Of a DNA stretch of 64,000 nt, positions 29,987 through 39,983 are shown piece after piece. The position numbers and the translations under genes were made by a program. The notes below the pieces were generated by a model, which saw nothing but the letters and a program-made list of their open reading frames with translations, searched no databases and was not told where the DNA came from. The stretch covers positions 51,724-115,723 of the forward strand of contig VGRO01000001.1 in NCBI GenBank assembly GCA_016875335.1, in the 5' to 3' direction. The DNA comes from Deltaproteobacteria bacterium (GTDB taxonomy: Bacteria; Myxococcota_A; UBA9042). Every line of letters starts with the position of its first letter. Positions within the stretch are counted from its first letter, which is position 1.

Positions 29987-32050
29987 TCACTCCGGGTCGC
30001 ATGTGCCCTGGCAGGTCGCTTCGACATGGCCGCCGACTCGAAAGAAGCGGTCGATTTGTTCCAGCGACGCCGGCAAGTAGCGCTGGGCGTCGTGGACCGG
30101 GTTGCCGTTGTCGGGCGCGGGTCCGGTGGCGTCCAGCGCAGGCTTGCCAAAGTCGAACTCGACCAGGGCGTCGGCCAGCGGTCCGTCGGCCGTCGGCAAC
30201 CCCCACACCGTGCGCGGCGCCGGGCCGAGTAGTGGCACACCCAGGATGCGCGCGTGCAAGTGGCTGGCAAGATTGGGAACCTGCGTATCGCTGAGCCCGC
30301 AGTGCAAGAGGACCTGCCGCTTGGCCGGCCCGCCGGGGTAGGTGTCCGCCCGCAGGTGGGTGCCATACGTCCCCGGGTCGATGCGCTCCATCGGACCGGT
30401 CATCAACAAGGTCATCCGCGTCGCGCCTTGTGCGCTGCCGGTCACGCCGGTCAGCAGCGCCAGGAAGGTCGAAAACGGCGCGGCCCGCGACATCATCAAC
30501 CCGAAACCTGCGCCGCCCACGCCGAGCGCGGCGCGGTCGATCCACGGGTTCAGGGCGACTTGCGTGCCACCCAAGATGTGGCCCTGGCTGAGCCCGTAGA
30601 AATACACGTCGTTGCTGACGTCGAGCGCCATGCCGTCGCGATGAGGCGCCACCAAAGTCCACAGCCCGTTGCGCGCCGCCCAGGTCAGCGCCAGATGGTT
30701 GGCCATGCCCTGATGCGCGCGCTGCACGAACCGCAACCCCTCGCCTGGCGCAGCGATGAGGTCGCTCACCAGCACCGTCGAGTCGGCCAGCGACATGCCC
30801 CACCAGTCGATGCCCATGCCGACTGCGCCCATCTTGTCGAGCAGATGCGGCAGCACGCCCACCACCACTTCGCTTCGCGTGCCAAAGAAGCCGTGCCCAT
30901 ACTGAACGACCCGCAGAGGACCCTTGGCCTGTCCACTCCACACCTTGGGAGGCACGATCAAGGTGAATGGCAGCCACGCCTGACCCTTCTGTGCGACCTG
31001 GCCATGTGCGTCGCGCACAAGTTTGGCGCCCGGCCCGTCGCTGTCCACGAAAAGCGGCACGCGCAGTTGCCCCTCGAACTGGCGGGCGACCAGCGGCTTG
31101 GGGTTCTCGATGACCTTGACGATCGTGGCCTCGACAGGCAGATCGGCCAATGCAGCCAGTGTCTTGGCGCGTATGGTCAGCATGTCGGCCGTGGCGTTGG
31201 ATTCGCTGCGCGTCGTGAAGTCCCAGGCCAACAACAAATTGTCGCGAGGCACCCCGACCTTGGCCAGCACCGGGAACACGTCGGCCTCGAAGTGGGTTCG
31301 AAGCGCGTCGGCGGCGGGACTCGGCGCCTTGTCGCGCAACGCCTTGAAGGTTGCGGGCGGTGCGAACGGCGTGCCATCGGTGCGCGCGAGGCCCTGGCGC
31401 AACGCCACGACGTAGCGGCGGTTTTCGCGAAGGCGCTCCACCGGTCGGATCATCAGCAGGCGATCGGCCGCAGCCGGCGTGGTGCCATCCGGTTCGGCGA
31501 AATGCGCGATCGCCTTGCCGGTCTCCACATCGACGATGAGCGTCAGGCTCGCAGGCGACTGCGAAGGCGAGAAGTCAGGGTTGACCTTTCCGCCGACGTA
31601 GGCCGGAAGCAGCCCCTTTTCGCTCGGGCTTCCTGGCAAGCGCACCCCGATCTGGCCTAGCACCCCGAAACCATCCTGCGGGAACTGTGCCAGCAGGTCG
31701 ATGGGCGCACCCGGCGCCGAACCACTGTCTTGCGCACGCTTGGGGGCCGCCACGCCGCCCAACACCAGGCGCGGCTGGCCGGTCGTCGCACCCTGCCGGA
31801 ACCAGTCGCTCGGCCACGGCAACATGCAGTCCCATTCGGCGGCCAGCGACTGGCACGTATCTGGCACCTTGTCCTCGGCGTGCCAGGGAAACGGCCCCTT
31901 GTAGGCGGCACCGTCAGACAGAGTCGCGTCGAACGCAATCGCCGCCGAACCATCGTGTGCGTCCGGCGTCGCCGCAGACCGATCAGTACATCCGACGGCT
32001 GCCGCCGCACACGCAACACCTGCCCCGCGCGTCCATCGCCGCTGCGTCAT
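29987..32050 (-). CDS. Lipoprotein with alpha/beta-hydrolase (lipase-like) domain
   Basis: AVGC lipobox, LPWPSD, QYGHGFFG, YGLSQG nucleophile elbow, DTQVPN, NPVH. Confidence 0.8.
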   Translation of the reverse strand: MTQRRWTRGAGVACAAAAVGCTDRSAATPDAHDGSAAIAFDATLSDGAAYKGPFPWHAEDKVPDTCQSLAAEWDCMLPWPSDWFRQGATTGQPRLVLGGVAAPKRAQDSGSAPGAPIDLLAQFPQDGFGVLGQIGVRLPGSPSEKGLLPAYVGGKVNPDFSPSQSPASLTLIVDVETGKAIAHFAEPDGTTPAAADRLLMIRPVERLRENRRYVVALRQGLARTDGTPFAPPATFKALRDKAPSPAADALRTHFEADVFPVLAKVGVPRDNLLLAWDFTTRSESNATADMLTIRAKTLAALADLPVEATIVKVIENPKPLVARQFEGQLRVPLFVDSDGPGAKLVRDAHGQVAQKGQAWLPFTLIVPPKVWSGQAKGPLRVVQYGHGFFGTRSEVVVGVLPHLLDKMGAVGMGIDWWGMSLADSTVLVSDLIAAPGEGLRFVQRAHQGMANHLALTWAARNGLWTLVAPHRDGMALDVSNDVYFYGLSQGHILGGTQVALNPWIDRAALGVGGAGFGLMMSRAAPFSTFLALLTGVTGSAQGATRMTLLMTGPMERIDPGTYGTHLRADTYPGGPAKRQVLLHCGLSDTQVPNLASHLHARILGVPLLGPAPRTVWGLPTADGPLADALVEFDFGKPALDATGPAPDNGNPVHDAQRYLPASLEQIDRFFRVGGHVEATCQGTCDPE

Positions 32051-32085
32051 CGACTACCTCGCCACGCCGGCCAATTGGGCCGCGT

Positions 32086-32856
32086 TCAGCCGTCCGTCGG
32101 ACGCCGGAAACGATCGTACAACCGGTCGCGCCACGCAATCAAATCGGCAAACTCGTCGGCCAGTTCTGGCTCGCGCCACGCCGCGCGCGTCGCCGGGCCC
32201 AGTCGCTGGTGTCCGTCGCCCACCGGCTCGACCACCTGCAATGCGACGGCCATAGCGATGTCGGCGTAGCTGAACGCGCCGAGTAGATGAGCGCCGCTCG
32301 CCAGGGCTTGCCGCAGAGCGGTCAGTTCCGCGCGCATGGCCGAGCGGCGTTCGTTTTGTCCCACGGCCTCCAGGGCGTACTTGTCGCGCAAGTAGCGCAC
32401 CCCGAGCGCCACGAGCGGGGCCGACAAGGGACCCAGCCAGCGCAGCCCCTTGGGCACCTGCTCTAGCGCCGCGCTCGGATCGCCCGCCACCCGCGGTGTC
32501 ACCAGCGCTCGACCATGCGCGAGCACTGCCTCGCTGGCGCGGTTCCAGGCCAGCAATTCCGTGGCGCGCCCGATCGGGAAGAGTTCTGGTCCGGTCCCCT
32601 GCCCTGCTGCCCACTGTGCAATCGCAAGCGAGTCGTCGTGCGCCTGGCCGCTCGCAAAAAGCACCGGCACGGTCACCTTGCCTGACCAGCGCCCCAGGCG
32701 TGCCCGCAGCATGGGCGCTCCGAGCATCGGCAGGTACTCCACCTTGCGGTAGGCCACGCAGCGGGCGTCCAAGGCCCAGCGCGCCTTTTCGCTCCACGGC
32801 GAATAGTGGATCTGGTACAGCGCTGGCAGGGGCATGGTGGGCCGCGCGAACGCCAT
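32086..32856 (-). CDS. Glutathione S-transferase family protein
   Basis: YSPWSEKARWALD, TVPVL, DSLAIA, FSYADI. Confidence 0.9.
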   Translation of the reverse strand: MAFARPTMPLPALYQIHYSPWSEKARWALDARCVAYRKVEYLPMLGAPMLRARLGRWSGKVTVPVLFASGQAHDDSLAIAQWAAGQGTGPELFPIGRATELLAWNRASEAVLAHGRALVTPRVAGDPSAALEQVPKGLRWLGPLSAPLVALGVRYLRDKYALEAVGQNERRSAMRAELTALRQALASGAHLLGAFSYADIAMAVALQVVEPVGDGHQRLGPATRAAWREPELADEFADLIAWRDRLYDRFRRPTDG

Positions 32857-32972
32857 GGGGCGTATCCGCGGATTGCCGCAGATTGGGCTGCTCGTCAAGT
32901 TGCCTTGCGACCGGCGCAACCATGGATCCGCCTGGATTCGATCGCAGCGCCCCGAGAAACAGATGTAGAATC

Positions 32973-33140
32973 ATGCGTCTGAACAATGGGGGGGATCGAG
33001 ATCCGGCCAGTCGCGCCAACCGTCCGAGCGGACGTCCGAGTCCTGTCCAGTTGTGTCCGAGGTCCCAGGGTTGCGCCATGCGGCCTGCTCGCGAGCCGCA
33101 CAAATCCTCCACAGAATCATGGATCTGAACAATGGGGGGG
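32973..33140 (+). repeat. Dispersed repeat, 2 direct copies (32973-32994, 33119-33140)
   Basis: ATGCGTCTGAACAAT-G7 and ATGGATCTGAACAAT-G7, both preceded by AGAATC and followed by ATCGA. Confidence 0.96.
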
Positions 33141-33190
33141 ATCGAAAACCCCCCGGTCTTGCGCGGTGTCCGACGGTGAACTCGGTCGGG

Positions 33191-34093
33191 CTACCAGAAG
33201 CGGTAGAAGTTGAACCAGTTGTCCGGGGCTGCGCGCACGTAGCAGGCGACCCGGTCGGCGTACTGGCCGACCACGCGCGCGAGGGTGGTTTCGCGGTCCT
33301 TGCGTGGCAAAACGATGCGGTCGGAAAAGGGCTCGCAGTGCAGTTCGTAGCAATTGGGCGCGCGGTAGATGCCGCAGACGAAGTAGACTGGGCACTGCAA
33401 CATCGCGGCCAGCAGGAACGGGCCGGAAGGAAACGCCGCTGGCATCCCCAGGAACTCGACGGTCACCGACCGGTCGTTCAGCCCGACGCGGTCGGCTGCA
33501 ATGGCGAGCAGTTCGCCGCGGTCGATGCGGTCCTTGAGGTCGAGCACGGTTTCGGCCCGGCCTGGGTCGATGTGCACGACCTGAGCGGCGGCGCGCGGGT
33601 TGAGGCGGTGAAGCGCGGCGTTGATCATGCGCGCGTTCTTGAAGTAGCCGACCACGCGGATACGCAAGCGTTCGTCATGGCCACCAATCGCCATGGCTGC
33701 AGTCGAGCCTACGTGGGCGGACAGCAGAATGGCACCGCGCCCTTGGGCGTGCAGGCGCTCCAAGTGTTCGTGGCCGTTGCGCGTCACGGCGAACAGATCG
33801 CCGCGACCCTGGATAAGCCACAGCCGATCCAACGCCGCCTCGGAAAAGCACAGCACATGGCGATAGATGGCGCCCAGGCCGCGGCGGTTTTCGCCCAACC
33901 GGTCGCCGAGTTCGCGGCTGGCCTGGCGCACGCCCGGATGCAGCAGGGTGTACCACAAGGCCAGCAGTTTCATGAGCATCCGCGCTGGCACGCGGCCGGC
34001 GACCGTCGCCAGCATCACCGTCAAGCGTATGCCGAGCACACTGCCTTTTTCGGCGACACTCAACCAGTCGCCGCTCGGCTGCCCGGCACTCAC
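33191..34093 (-). CDS. LpxL-like acyltransferase (aryl-polyene-cluster type)
   Basis: W...EKGS, GAILLSAHVG, IAADR, FPSGPF, WFNFYRFW. Confidence 0.9.
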   Translation of the reverse strand: MSAGQPSGDWLSVAEKGSVLGIRLTVMLATVAGRVPARMLMKLLALWYTLLHPGVRQASRELGDRLGENRRGLGAIYRHVLCFSEAALDRLWLIQGRGDLFAVTRNGHEHLERLHAQGRGAILLSAHVGSTAAMAIGGHDERLRIRVVGYFKNARMINAALHRLNPRAAAQVVHIDPGRAETVLDLKDRIDRGELLAIAADRVGLNDRSVTVEFLGMPAAFPSGPFLLAAMLQCPVYFVCGIYRAPNCYELHCEPFSDRIVLPRKDRETTLARVVGQYADRVACYVRAAPDNWFNFYRFW

Positions 34094-34848
34094 CCTTCGG
34101 CCTCGATCCGTTTGCCAAACCGCTGCCACAACAGAATCTTGCGCACCATCGCCTCGGTCACCAAGCGGGTGTGCAGCCACGTAATGCGCAGATTGTCGCG
34201 TACCATGCGAAAGTGCGACACGCCGCCCTCTTCGGCCGACAAGTAGCGCACGGCGACCGGCAGGTTCAGCACCAGCACACCCGCCCACACCATCCGCACC
34301 GCGATCTCGATGTCGAATTCCATGCGGTCGCCGCGCGCTTGCGCCGCCTCTGCGGCAGCCAATGGGTAGACGCGAAAGCCGATCATCGCGTCGGCGATTG
34401 GCCGCCCGAAGGTCTCGACGGCGACCCAGAAGTTCGTGATCTCCCTGCCGATGCGTCGACCGCGCGGGGCTTCGGCCGCAAACACCGGGCGCGCCAGGAC
34501 CAGGGCCGCGGGGTGCGCGCGCGCGGCAGCCAGCATGGCGCCGATGCGGTCCAGATCGTGCTGACCGTCCGCATCCACCTGTAACGCGTGGGTGTAGCCA
34601 TCCGCACGCGCTGCCGCGAAACCTGCCTTGACCGCCGCTCCCTTACCGCCGTTGACGGGTCTCCACACCACGCGCGCCTTGTTCTCGTGCTCCAGCGCGC
34701 GCGCGACAGCCTGGGCATCCGGGCCGCTGCCATCGTCGACGACAAGCACAGGAGTACCGCAACGGCCCGCACGTTCGACGACCCGCCGCAACGTGGCGGC
34801 GTTGTCGTAGGTCGGGATCAAGATGCACGGCCGGAACGGGTCAGCCAT
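34090..34848 (-). CDS. GT2 glycosyltransferase
   Basis: LIPTYDN, VVDDGS, NGGKGAA, QVDADGQH, GFRVYPL, MEFDIE. Confidence 0.93.
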   Translation of the reverse strand: MADPFRPCILIPTYDNAATLRRVVERAGRCGTPVLVVDDGSGPDAQAVARALEHENKARVVWRPVNGGKGAAVKAGFAAARADGYTHALQVDADGQHDLDRIGAMLAAARAHPAALVLARPVFAAEAPRGRRIGREITNFWVAVETFGRPIADAMIGFRVYPLAAAEAAQARGDRMEFDIEIAVRMVWAGVLVLNLPVAVRYLSAEEGGVSHFRMVRDNLRITWLHTRLVTEAMVRKILLWQRFGKRIEAEG

Positions 34849-36538
34849 GCGAGACGCCCGCGTCGAACACCAGTCGACCGCTCGCGCACGGCTCGTCGTG
34901 TCGCACGATGGTGAAATCCGCCGTGCCCACCGGCCGCGCAAACGCGATGGCGACCGCCACCACGTCGCCAGGACCGATGACGCGGCGGAACTTGAGGCGC
35001 TGTACCCGCAGCAGCCCGGCCCACGTTGGCCGCGCCGCGCGCACCGGGCGCACCACCAGCTCATGAACCTGCACGATGCCCGGCAGCACCGGGTGGTCGC
35101 GGAAATGTCCTTGGAACCACATGAGATTCTCGGGAACGCGCAGCCGCATTGTGAGCGACTCCTCGGTCGCCGAGTGCTCCAAAACCTCCAGGTCTCGCAC
35201 CGGGCCGAAAAGGCCGCGGACCCTGTGGACCGGCAACTTTCCGGTGTCGGTGCGCGGCAAGCGCTCGACGTGAACGAAGCGGCGTGGCAGTGAGGTGGGT
35301 TCCAGGTTTCCCAGCAGCGACGCTCGCAGGTCGGCTGCGGTCAGGGTTGGCGCAACCACGGCCGCCCACAGCTCGTGCCCGCGGGCGGCCTGGGCGGACG
35401 GAACCGCGATGACCGCAGCGTCGGCGACACCGGGAGTCGCCAGCAGCAGGGCTTCAACCTCTGGAAGCGAGACACGGATTCCGCCGGTCTTGACGACGCC
35501 GTCCCGCCGGCCCAGGTGGTCGAACGTACCGTCGGGATGCACCTCGACCAAGTCTGCGCAGGCAAAAGCGGTTGCCCCGCCGCCCGGCACAAACGGCGAA
35601 AGAACCCGCGCCGTGCCATCGTCTGCCCCGGCGACGCGGACCGCCGGCAGCGGAACCCACCGCGGGTCCAGCCGCTGGCGCCGCGTGGCGATTCCGCCCG
35701 TTTCCGTGGACCCAAACACCTCGATCGGGCACAGGCCGTGCCGATCCTGCAGTACCTGCGCGGTAGCTGCGTGCAGCGGGGCCGTGGACGACAGGCCGAC
35801 CGCGACCGGGGCCAGGGCGCCCGCGTCTTGGCCTGCGAGCGAACGCCAATGCGCCGGAATCGACACCAGCAGCGCGCCGCGCATGGCAGAAAGGCGCCCG
35901 ACCGCCGTTTCCGCGTGCAGCGGCGTCGTCCGGTCGAAGCGCCAACCGCCCATCAGCGGGGCGAGCACGGAGAACAGCAAACCATACAGGTGGTGCGGCG
36001 GCACTGTGGCCAGCACCGGCGTGCCTGCGGGCAAGGGCAGGTGGTCGGCCCACAGCGCCGCCTCGCCCAAGAGTTGCGCCGCCGTCTTGGCGCAGGGTTG
36101 CGGCGCACCCGTGGATCCGCTGGTCCAGACGGTGGCCATCAAGCGACCCGCGTCCATCGGGTCCAAGAGCGACGCGTGCCCAGTGGGTCGGTCGCTCAGC
36201 CAGTTGCGCAGGTCGTCGCCGCGGGCACCCGCAGTATCGTGCAGAAGGGCCAGGACTTCGGGCCGATCGGCGACGAGGCCGACTGTTTGCGGTTGGCCGT
36301 TGGCGGGCAGCGCCACCGCGTGCCCGCGCTGCCAAGCCGCCAGCAGCCCGACGGCAAAGCAGTACCGGTCGGCACAGATCAGCGCGATGTGGCTGCCGGA
36401 GGTGGGCGGCGGTAGCCGATTCGCCACGCCTGCGACGTCGGCCAGCAGGGCTCGCCGTGTCCGCTCGCCGCCATCGCCCCAGGCGACGACATCGTCCGGA
36501 CCGTGGCGGCCGAGCAACGAATAGCTGCCGGCCGTCAC
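34841..36538 (-). CDS. AMP-dependent acyl ligase fused to a hot-dog dehydratase (ApeH/ApeI-like)
   Basis: TSGSTG, HLYGLLF, EVFGSTETGG, GRRD, LPRTDTGK, then FQGHF..PVLPGIVQ. Confidence 0.9.
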   Translation of the reverse strand: MTAGSYSLLGRHGPDDVVAWGDGGERTRRALLADVAGVANRLPPPTSGSHIALICADRYCFAVGLLAAWQRGHAVALPANGQPQTVGLVADRPEVLALLHDTAGARGDDLRNWLSDRPTGHASLLDPMDAGRLMATVWTSGSTGAPQPCAKTAAQLLGEAALWADHLPLPAGTPVLATVPPHHLYGLLFSVLAPLMGGWRFDRTTPLHAETAVGRLSAMRGALLVSIPAHWRSLAGQDAGALAPVAVGLSSTAPLHAATAQVLQDRHGLCPIEVFGSTETGGIATRRQRLDPRWVPLPAVRVAGADDGTARVLSPFVPGGGATAFACADLVEVHPDGTFDHLGRRDGVVKTGGIRVSLPEVEALLLATPGVADAAVIAVPSAQAARGHELWAAVVAPTLTAADLRASLLGNLEPTSLPRRFVHVERLPRTDTGKLPVHRVRGLFGPVRDLEVLEHSATEESLTMRLRVPENLMWFQGHFRDHPVLPGIVQVHELVVRPVRAARPTWAGLLRVQRLKFRRVIGPGDVVAVAIAFARPVGTADFTIVRHDEPCASGRLVFDAGVSHG

Positions 36539-37155
36539 TGTTGCTCCTGCGCGCTTGGGCGCCGTCGGGCTCCGAACCGCACGGTGCGCACCGCGTACTC
36601 GGCCGCGAAAAGCACGCCGACGAATCCATAGCTCAGCACACCGGTGAAGGCGGCCCACCACGCGACCGGCGCCCACAGCAACAGGCCCGCCGAAACCGCC
36701 GCATTGCACACGAAGAAGCCGCACCACACGTGGGTCACCGTGCGACAGTAGGCGATCTCGTCGTCGGCTAGATCCGCGTGCACCAATCGTGCATAGCGTT
36801 CGGCCATCGGCACCTCGCGCAGCGATCGGCCAAAGGTCAGCAGTAGCGCAAGGTTGACCAAGGTCGGCACCGTCATCATCCAGCGCGCGTCGCCAAGCAG
36901 CACGCCGCCCAACAGCACCAATCCGGCGAGCACGGGCGCCTGCGCGACCGCCCAGCGACCGCCCGAGGGAACCCGCCACACCCGCAGGGCCGTCAGTGCA
37001 GCGATGAGCAAGAGCGCAAGCCCTCCGACGCGGCGCGCCGACCAGTGCTGAAGCCCGTACCACAGCAGCAACGGATAGGCGACACCGCCCACGACTGCGA
37101 TCGCGCCAACTGCACGCCTTAGCTGCGACAGAGCCACGCGACGGGTGTCGTCCAC
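36535..37155 (-). CDS. COG4648-type membrane protein (ApeG-like)
   Basis: AYPLL, PTLVN, FGRSL..PMAERYAR, YCRTVT.VWC.FF..N, AEYAVR. Confidence 0.88.
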   Translation of the reverse strand: MDDTRRVALSQLRRAVGAIAVVGGVAYPLLLWYGLQHWSARRVGGLALLLIAALTALRVWRVPSGGRWAVAQAPVLAGLVLLGGVLLGDARWMMTVPTLVNLALLLTFGRSLREVPMAERYARLVHADLADDEIAYCRTVTHVWCGFFVCNAAVSAGLLLWAPVAWWAAFTGVLSYGFVGVLFAAEYAVRTVRFGARRRPSAQEQQ

Positions 37156-37170
37156 TATCCGCGCGAGGCG

Positions 37171-37434
37171 CTACGCCTGCGCCAATTGCGCCTGCACCAA
37201 ATCGACCACGTCGGCGATGGTGCGGACCTTGCGCAACTGGTCCTCGGGGACGCGTTTGCCGGTGATTTCTTGCAGCTTGACCACCATGTCGATGGCGTCG
37301 ATGCTGTCGAGGTCCAGGTCATTGACCAGGTGCGACTGCAGCGTGATGTCGTCGCGGTTGAGTTCAAACATCTCGACCAGCAAGTCGGCGATGCGCGCGA
37401 AGATTTCGTCGCGGGTCATGGTTGGGGCGCTCAT
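37171..37434 (-). CDS. Acyl carrier protein
   Basis: DLDLDSIDAID phosphopantetheine motif. Confidence 0.95.
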   Translation of the reverse strand: MSAPTMTRDEIFARIADLLVEMFELNRDDITLQSHLVNDLDLDSIDAIDMVVKLQEITGKRVPEDQLRKVRTIADVVDLVQAQLAQA

Positions 37435-37703
37435 GGGGCTCCTGCCGGTTGGGTGCGGCTGGCGGCGATGTGCTGCGCAAGCGTACGCACCGATTGAAAG
37501 ATCTCGCGGGTGCGCGCGTCCTCGGCTTCGATGCGCACGCCAAACTTCTTGTGGATGGCCATGGCCAGTTCCAGGGCGTCGATGCTGTCCAGGCCGAGGC
37601 CGGTGCGAAAGAGCGGCGCGGCGCTGTCGATGTCGGCGGGCACCACGTCTTCGAGCGCCAGCGATTCGACGATAAGCACCTTGAGTTCGTTTTCAAGTTC
37701 CAT
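37431..37703 (-). CDS. Acyl carrier protein
   Basis: GLGLDSIDALEL motif. Confidence 0.95.
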   Translation of the reverse strand: MELENELKVLIVESLALEDVVPADIDSAAPLFRTGLGLDSIDALELAMAIHKKFGVRIEAEDARTREIFQSVRTLAQHIAASRTQPAGAP

Positions 37704-37721
37704 GGCTTCCTTGCAATTCGC

Positions 37722-38579
37722 CTACGCCGGCTGCAGCGTCGCCAAACCTGCCATTGCGGGCGCTGGCACGCCCTCGATCCGCGCGTAGTAGAGGCGGGCG
37801 GCCGCCGCAGCCATGGCCTTGCTGTCCCCACTGAACTCGGCGGAATGCAAGACGTTCAGGTGTTCGACGGCGTGGAACGGCACGGTGCGCGGAGCGCGAT
37901 ACCACGGCGCGGTCTTGGCCAGCACTGGCGGTTGACAGCGCGCCAACAGCAGCACGACCGGAACGCGGGCGCGGACCGCCATCTCGAAGGCGCCCCGCTT
38001 GAACGGGTGCAAACCGTTTTCCGGCGACCGCGTGCCTTCGGGAAAAACCAGCACAGGCAGGCCCGCCGCCAACCGCTCGGCTGCCTCGGCCAACACCCGC
38101 GCGTTGTCCGCCGACGTCCCGGAACCGCCGTCGACATGCCAGCAGTGGCGCAGCAGGTTGCCAAGCAAGAGCCCGCGGAACAGCGGACCCTTGACGACAC
38201 ACGCCACGGTCGGCGCGGCCGCCAAGACCGCCGTGACGTCCACCAGGGTCGGGTGGTTGCAGACGACCACGCACGGCCCCGCGGGCAATCCGAGTCGTGT
38301 GGAGCGCGGGTCCGCCTTGAGCAGGAACCCCCAGCGCATGCCGTCGTGGAACAACCGGAACGCGCCGCGCACGATGGCCTGAGCGCGCGCCACCCGCGCC
38401 AGCCGGTCGCCGCCCCGCAGCCCGGCCAAGGGCAACACCACCCACGACAGCATCAGGCCGCCCAGATAGAAGGTCGCGAACGTCCACGCCGTCAGGACGA
38501 CGCGCAGCACTTGGCCAGCGGGCACGAGCAACGACAACGGCGGCTCCGGGCCTGGCGCAAGGTGCGTCGCGGCCAGCAT
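37722..38579 (-). CDS. Lysophospholipid acyltransferase (PlsC/ApeD-like)
   Basis: NHPTLVD, FPEGTRS, FKRGAF; start uncertain. Confidence 0.9.
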   Translation of the reverse strand: MLAATHLAPGPEPPLSLLVPAGQVLRVVLTAWTFATFYLGGLMLSWVVLPLAGLRGGDRLARVARAQAIVRGAFRLFHDGMRWGFLLKADPRSTRLGLPAGPCVVVCNHPTLVDVTAVLAAAPTVACVVKGPLFRGLLLGNLLRHCWHVDGGSGTSADNARVLAEAAERLAAGLPVLVFPEGTRSPENGLHPFKRGAFEMAVRARVPVVLLLARCQPPVLAKTAPWYRAPRTVPFHAVEHLNVLHSAEFSGDSKAMAAAAARLYYARIEGVPAPAMAGLATLQPA

Positions 38580-38930
38580 CCGGCCGGCATGGCGAGCGAC
38601 GAAGGTGCGCGGGGGCCGCCGGAGCGGCCCAAGGGTAGCGCGCAGGCGACAGGGCGGCAAGGGGTTGCGCGCGGCCACGGTTCCGTTGCTCTCGGCGCAT
38701 CTGTGCGTTGTCATTGCGCTGCGGTACGCACGACCACAGCGGGCGTCGTCGCTCCGGGAATCACCCCGGCCTGATCGGCATCAGGAATCTCCGTCCGGGA
38801 GGACCCCTGCGTTCGGATTCGGGCACGGCGCGAGGGTGCCTTCCGCTGGCCACAGTTCCCCAACGTTCGCACCCGCGCTACACTGCCGGCCCTCGCCGTG
38901 GCGCCCTGCCTCGGCCGCCCCGGGTGTCCG

Positions 38931-39950
38931 ATGCCGCGCATGAACATGGTCCAGGCCATCAATGACGCCCTTTTCGTGGCCATGCGGCGCGATCGCGATG
39001 TCGTCGTGCTCGGCGAAGACGTAGGCCGGTTCGGGGGCGTGTTTCGCGCAACTGTGGGCTTGCAGCAGGAATTCGGCGACGATCGGGTCATCGACACGCC
39101 GCTGGCCGAATCGGGCATCATCGGCACCGCGATCGGCATGGCCATGTACGGGCTGCGACCGGTGGCCGAGATACAGTTCAGCGACTTCATCTATCCGGCG
39201 TACGACCAGATCGTCAATGAACTCGCCAAGTCCCGCTACCGGTCGGGCGGCGAATTCCCGGCGCCGATGGTCATCCGCACGCCTTTTGGCGGCGGCATCC
39301 GCGGCGGCCACTACCATTCGCAGTCGCCCGAGGCGGTCTTTTGCCACCAGGCCGGTCTCGTCGTCGTTGCTCCGAGCAACCCCTACGACGCCAAGGGAAT
39401 CTTGCTGAGCGCCATCGAGCGGCCCGACCCGGTGTTGGTGTTTGAACCCAAACGCGTCTACCGCGGGCCCGACCACGGCACCAATTGGACGGCACACCCC
39501 AAAAGCGAAGTACCCGAGGGCGCCTACACCGTGCCGATCGGCACCGCCGAACTGGTGCGGACCTTGTCGGGCCACGGCACGCCGGTGTCGTTGCTGACCT
39601 ATGGCGCCATGGTGCACACCTGTGCCAAGGCGGCGGAACTGGCCCAAGAACACGGCGTGGACGTCGAGCTCATCGACTTGCGCAGCCTTGTCCCGTTGGA
39701 CCTGCAAGCTGTGGTCGCGACGGGCCGAAAGACCGGCCGGGTCGTCGTCGCCAACGAAGCACCGCGCACCTGTGGCTACGCTGCCGAACTGGTCGCGTTG
39801 GTCATGGAGCACTGCTTTGACTGGCTGCAGGCGCCCGTGGCCCGGGTCACGGGCTTGGACACGCCGTTTCCGTACACGTTGGAGAACGCGTACATGCCGG
39901 ATCCGCAGCGCGTGTTGCGCGCGATCCTGACAACGGCGGCCTACAACTAG
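38931..39950 (+). CDS. 2-oxoacid (branched-chain/pyruvate) dehydrogenase E1 beta subunit
   Basis: GEDVG..GGVFRAT, DTPLAE, EIQFSDF, YHSQSPE, FEPKR. Confidence 0.96.
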   Translation: MPRMNMVQAINDALFVAMRRDRDVVVLGEDVGRFGGVFRATVGLQQEFGDDRVIDTPLAESGIIGTAIGMAMYGLRPVAEIQFSDFIYPAYDQIVNELAKSRYRSGGEFPAPMVIRTPFGGGIRGGHYHSQSPEAVFCHQAGLVVVAPSNPYDAKGILLSAIERPDPVLVFEPKRVYRGPDHGTNWTAHPKSEVPEGAYTVPIGTAELVRTLSGHGTPVSLLTYGAMVHTCAKAAELAQEHGVDVELIDLRSLVPLDLQAVVATGRKTGRVVVANEAPRTCGYAAELVALVMEHCFDWLQAPVARVTGLDTPFPYTLENAYMPDPQRVLRAILTTAAYN

Positions 39951-39983
39951 ATCGGGCCCGAGGGTCAACATCGAGGGGGCATC

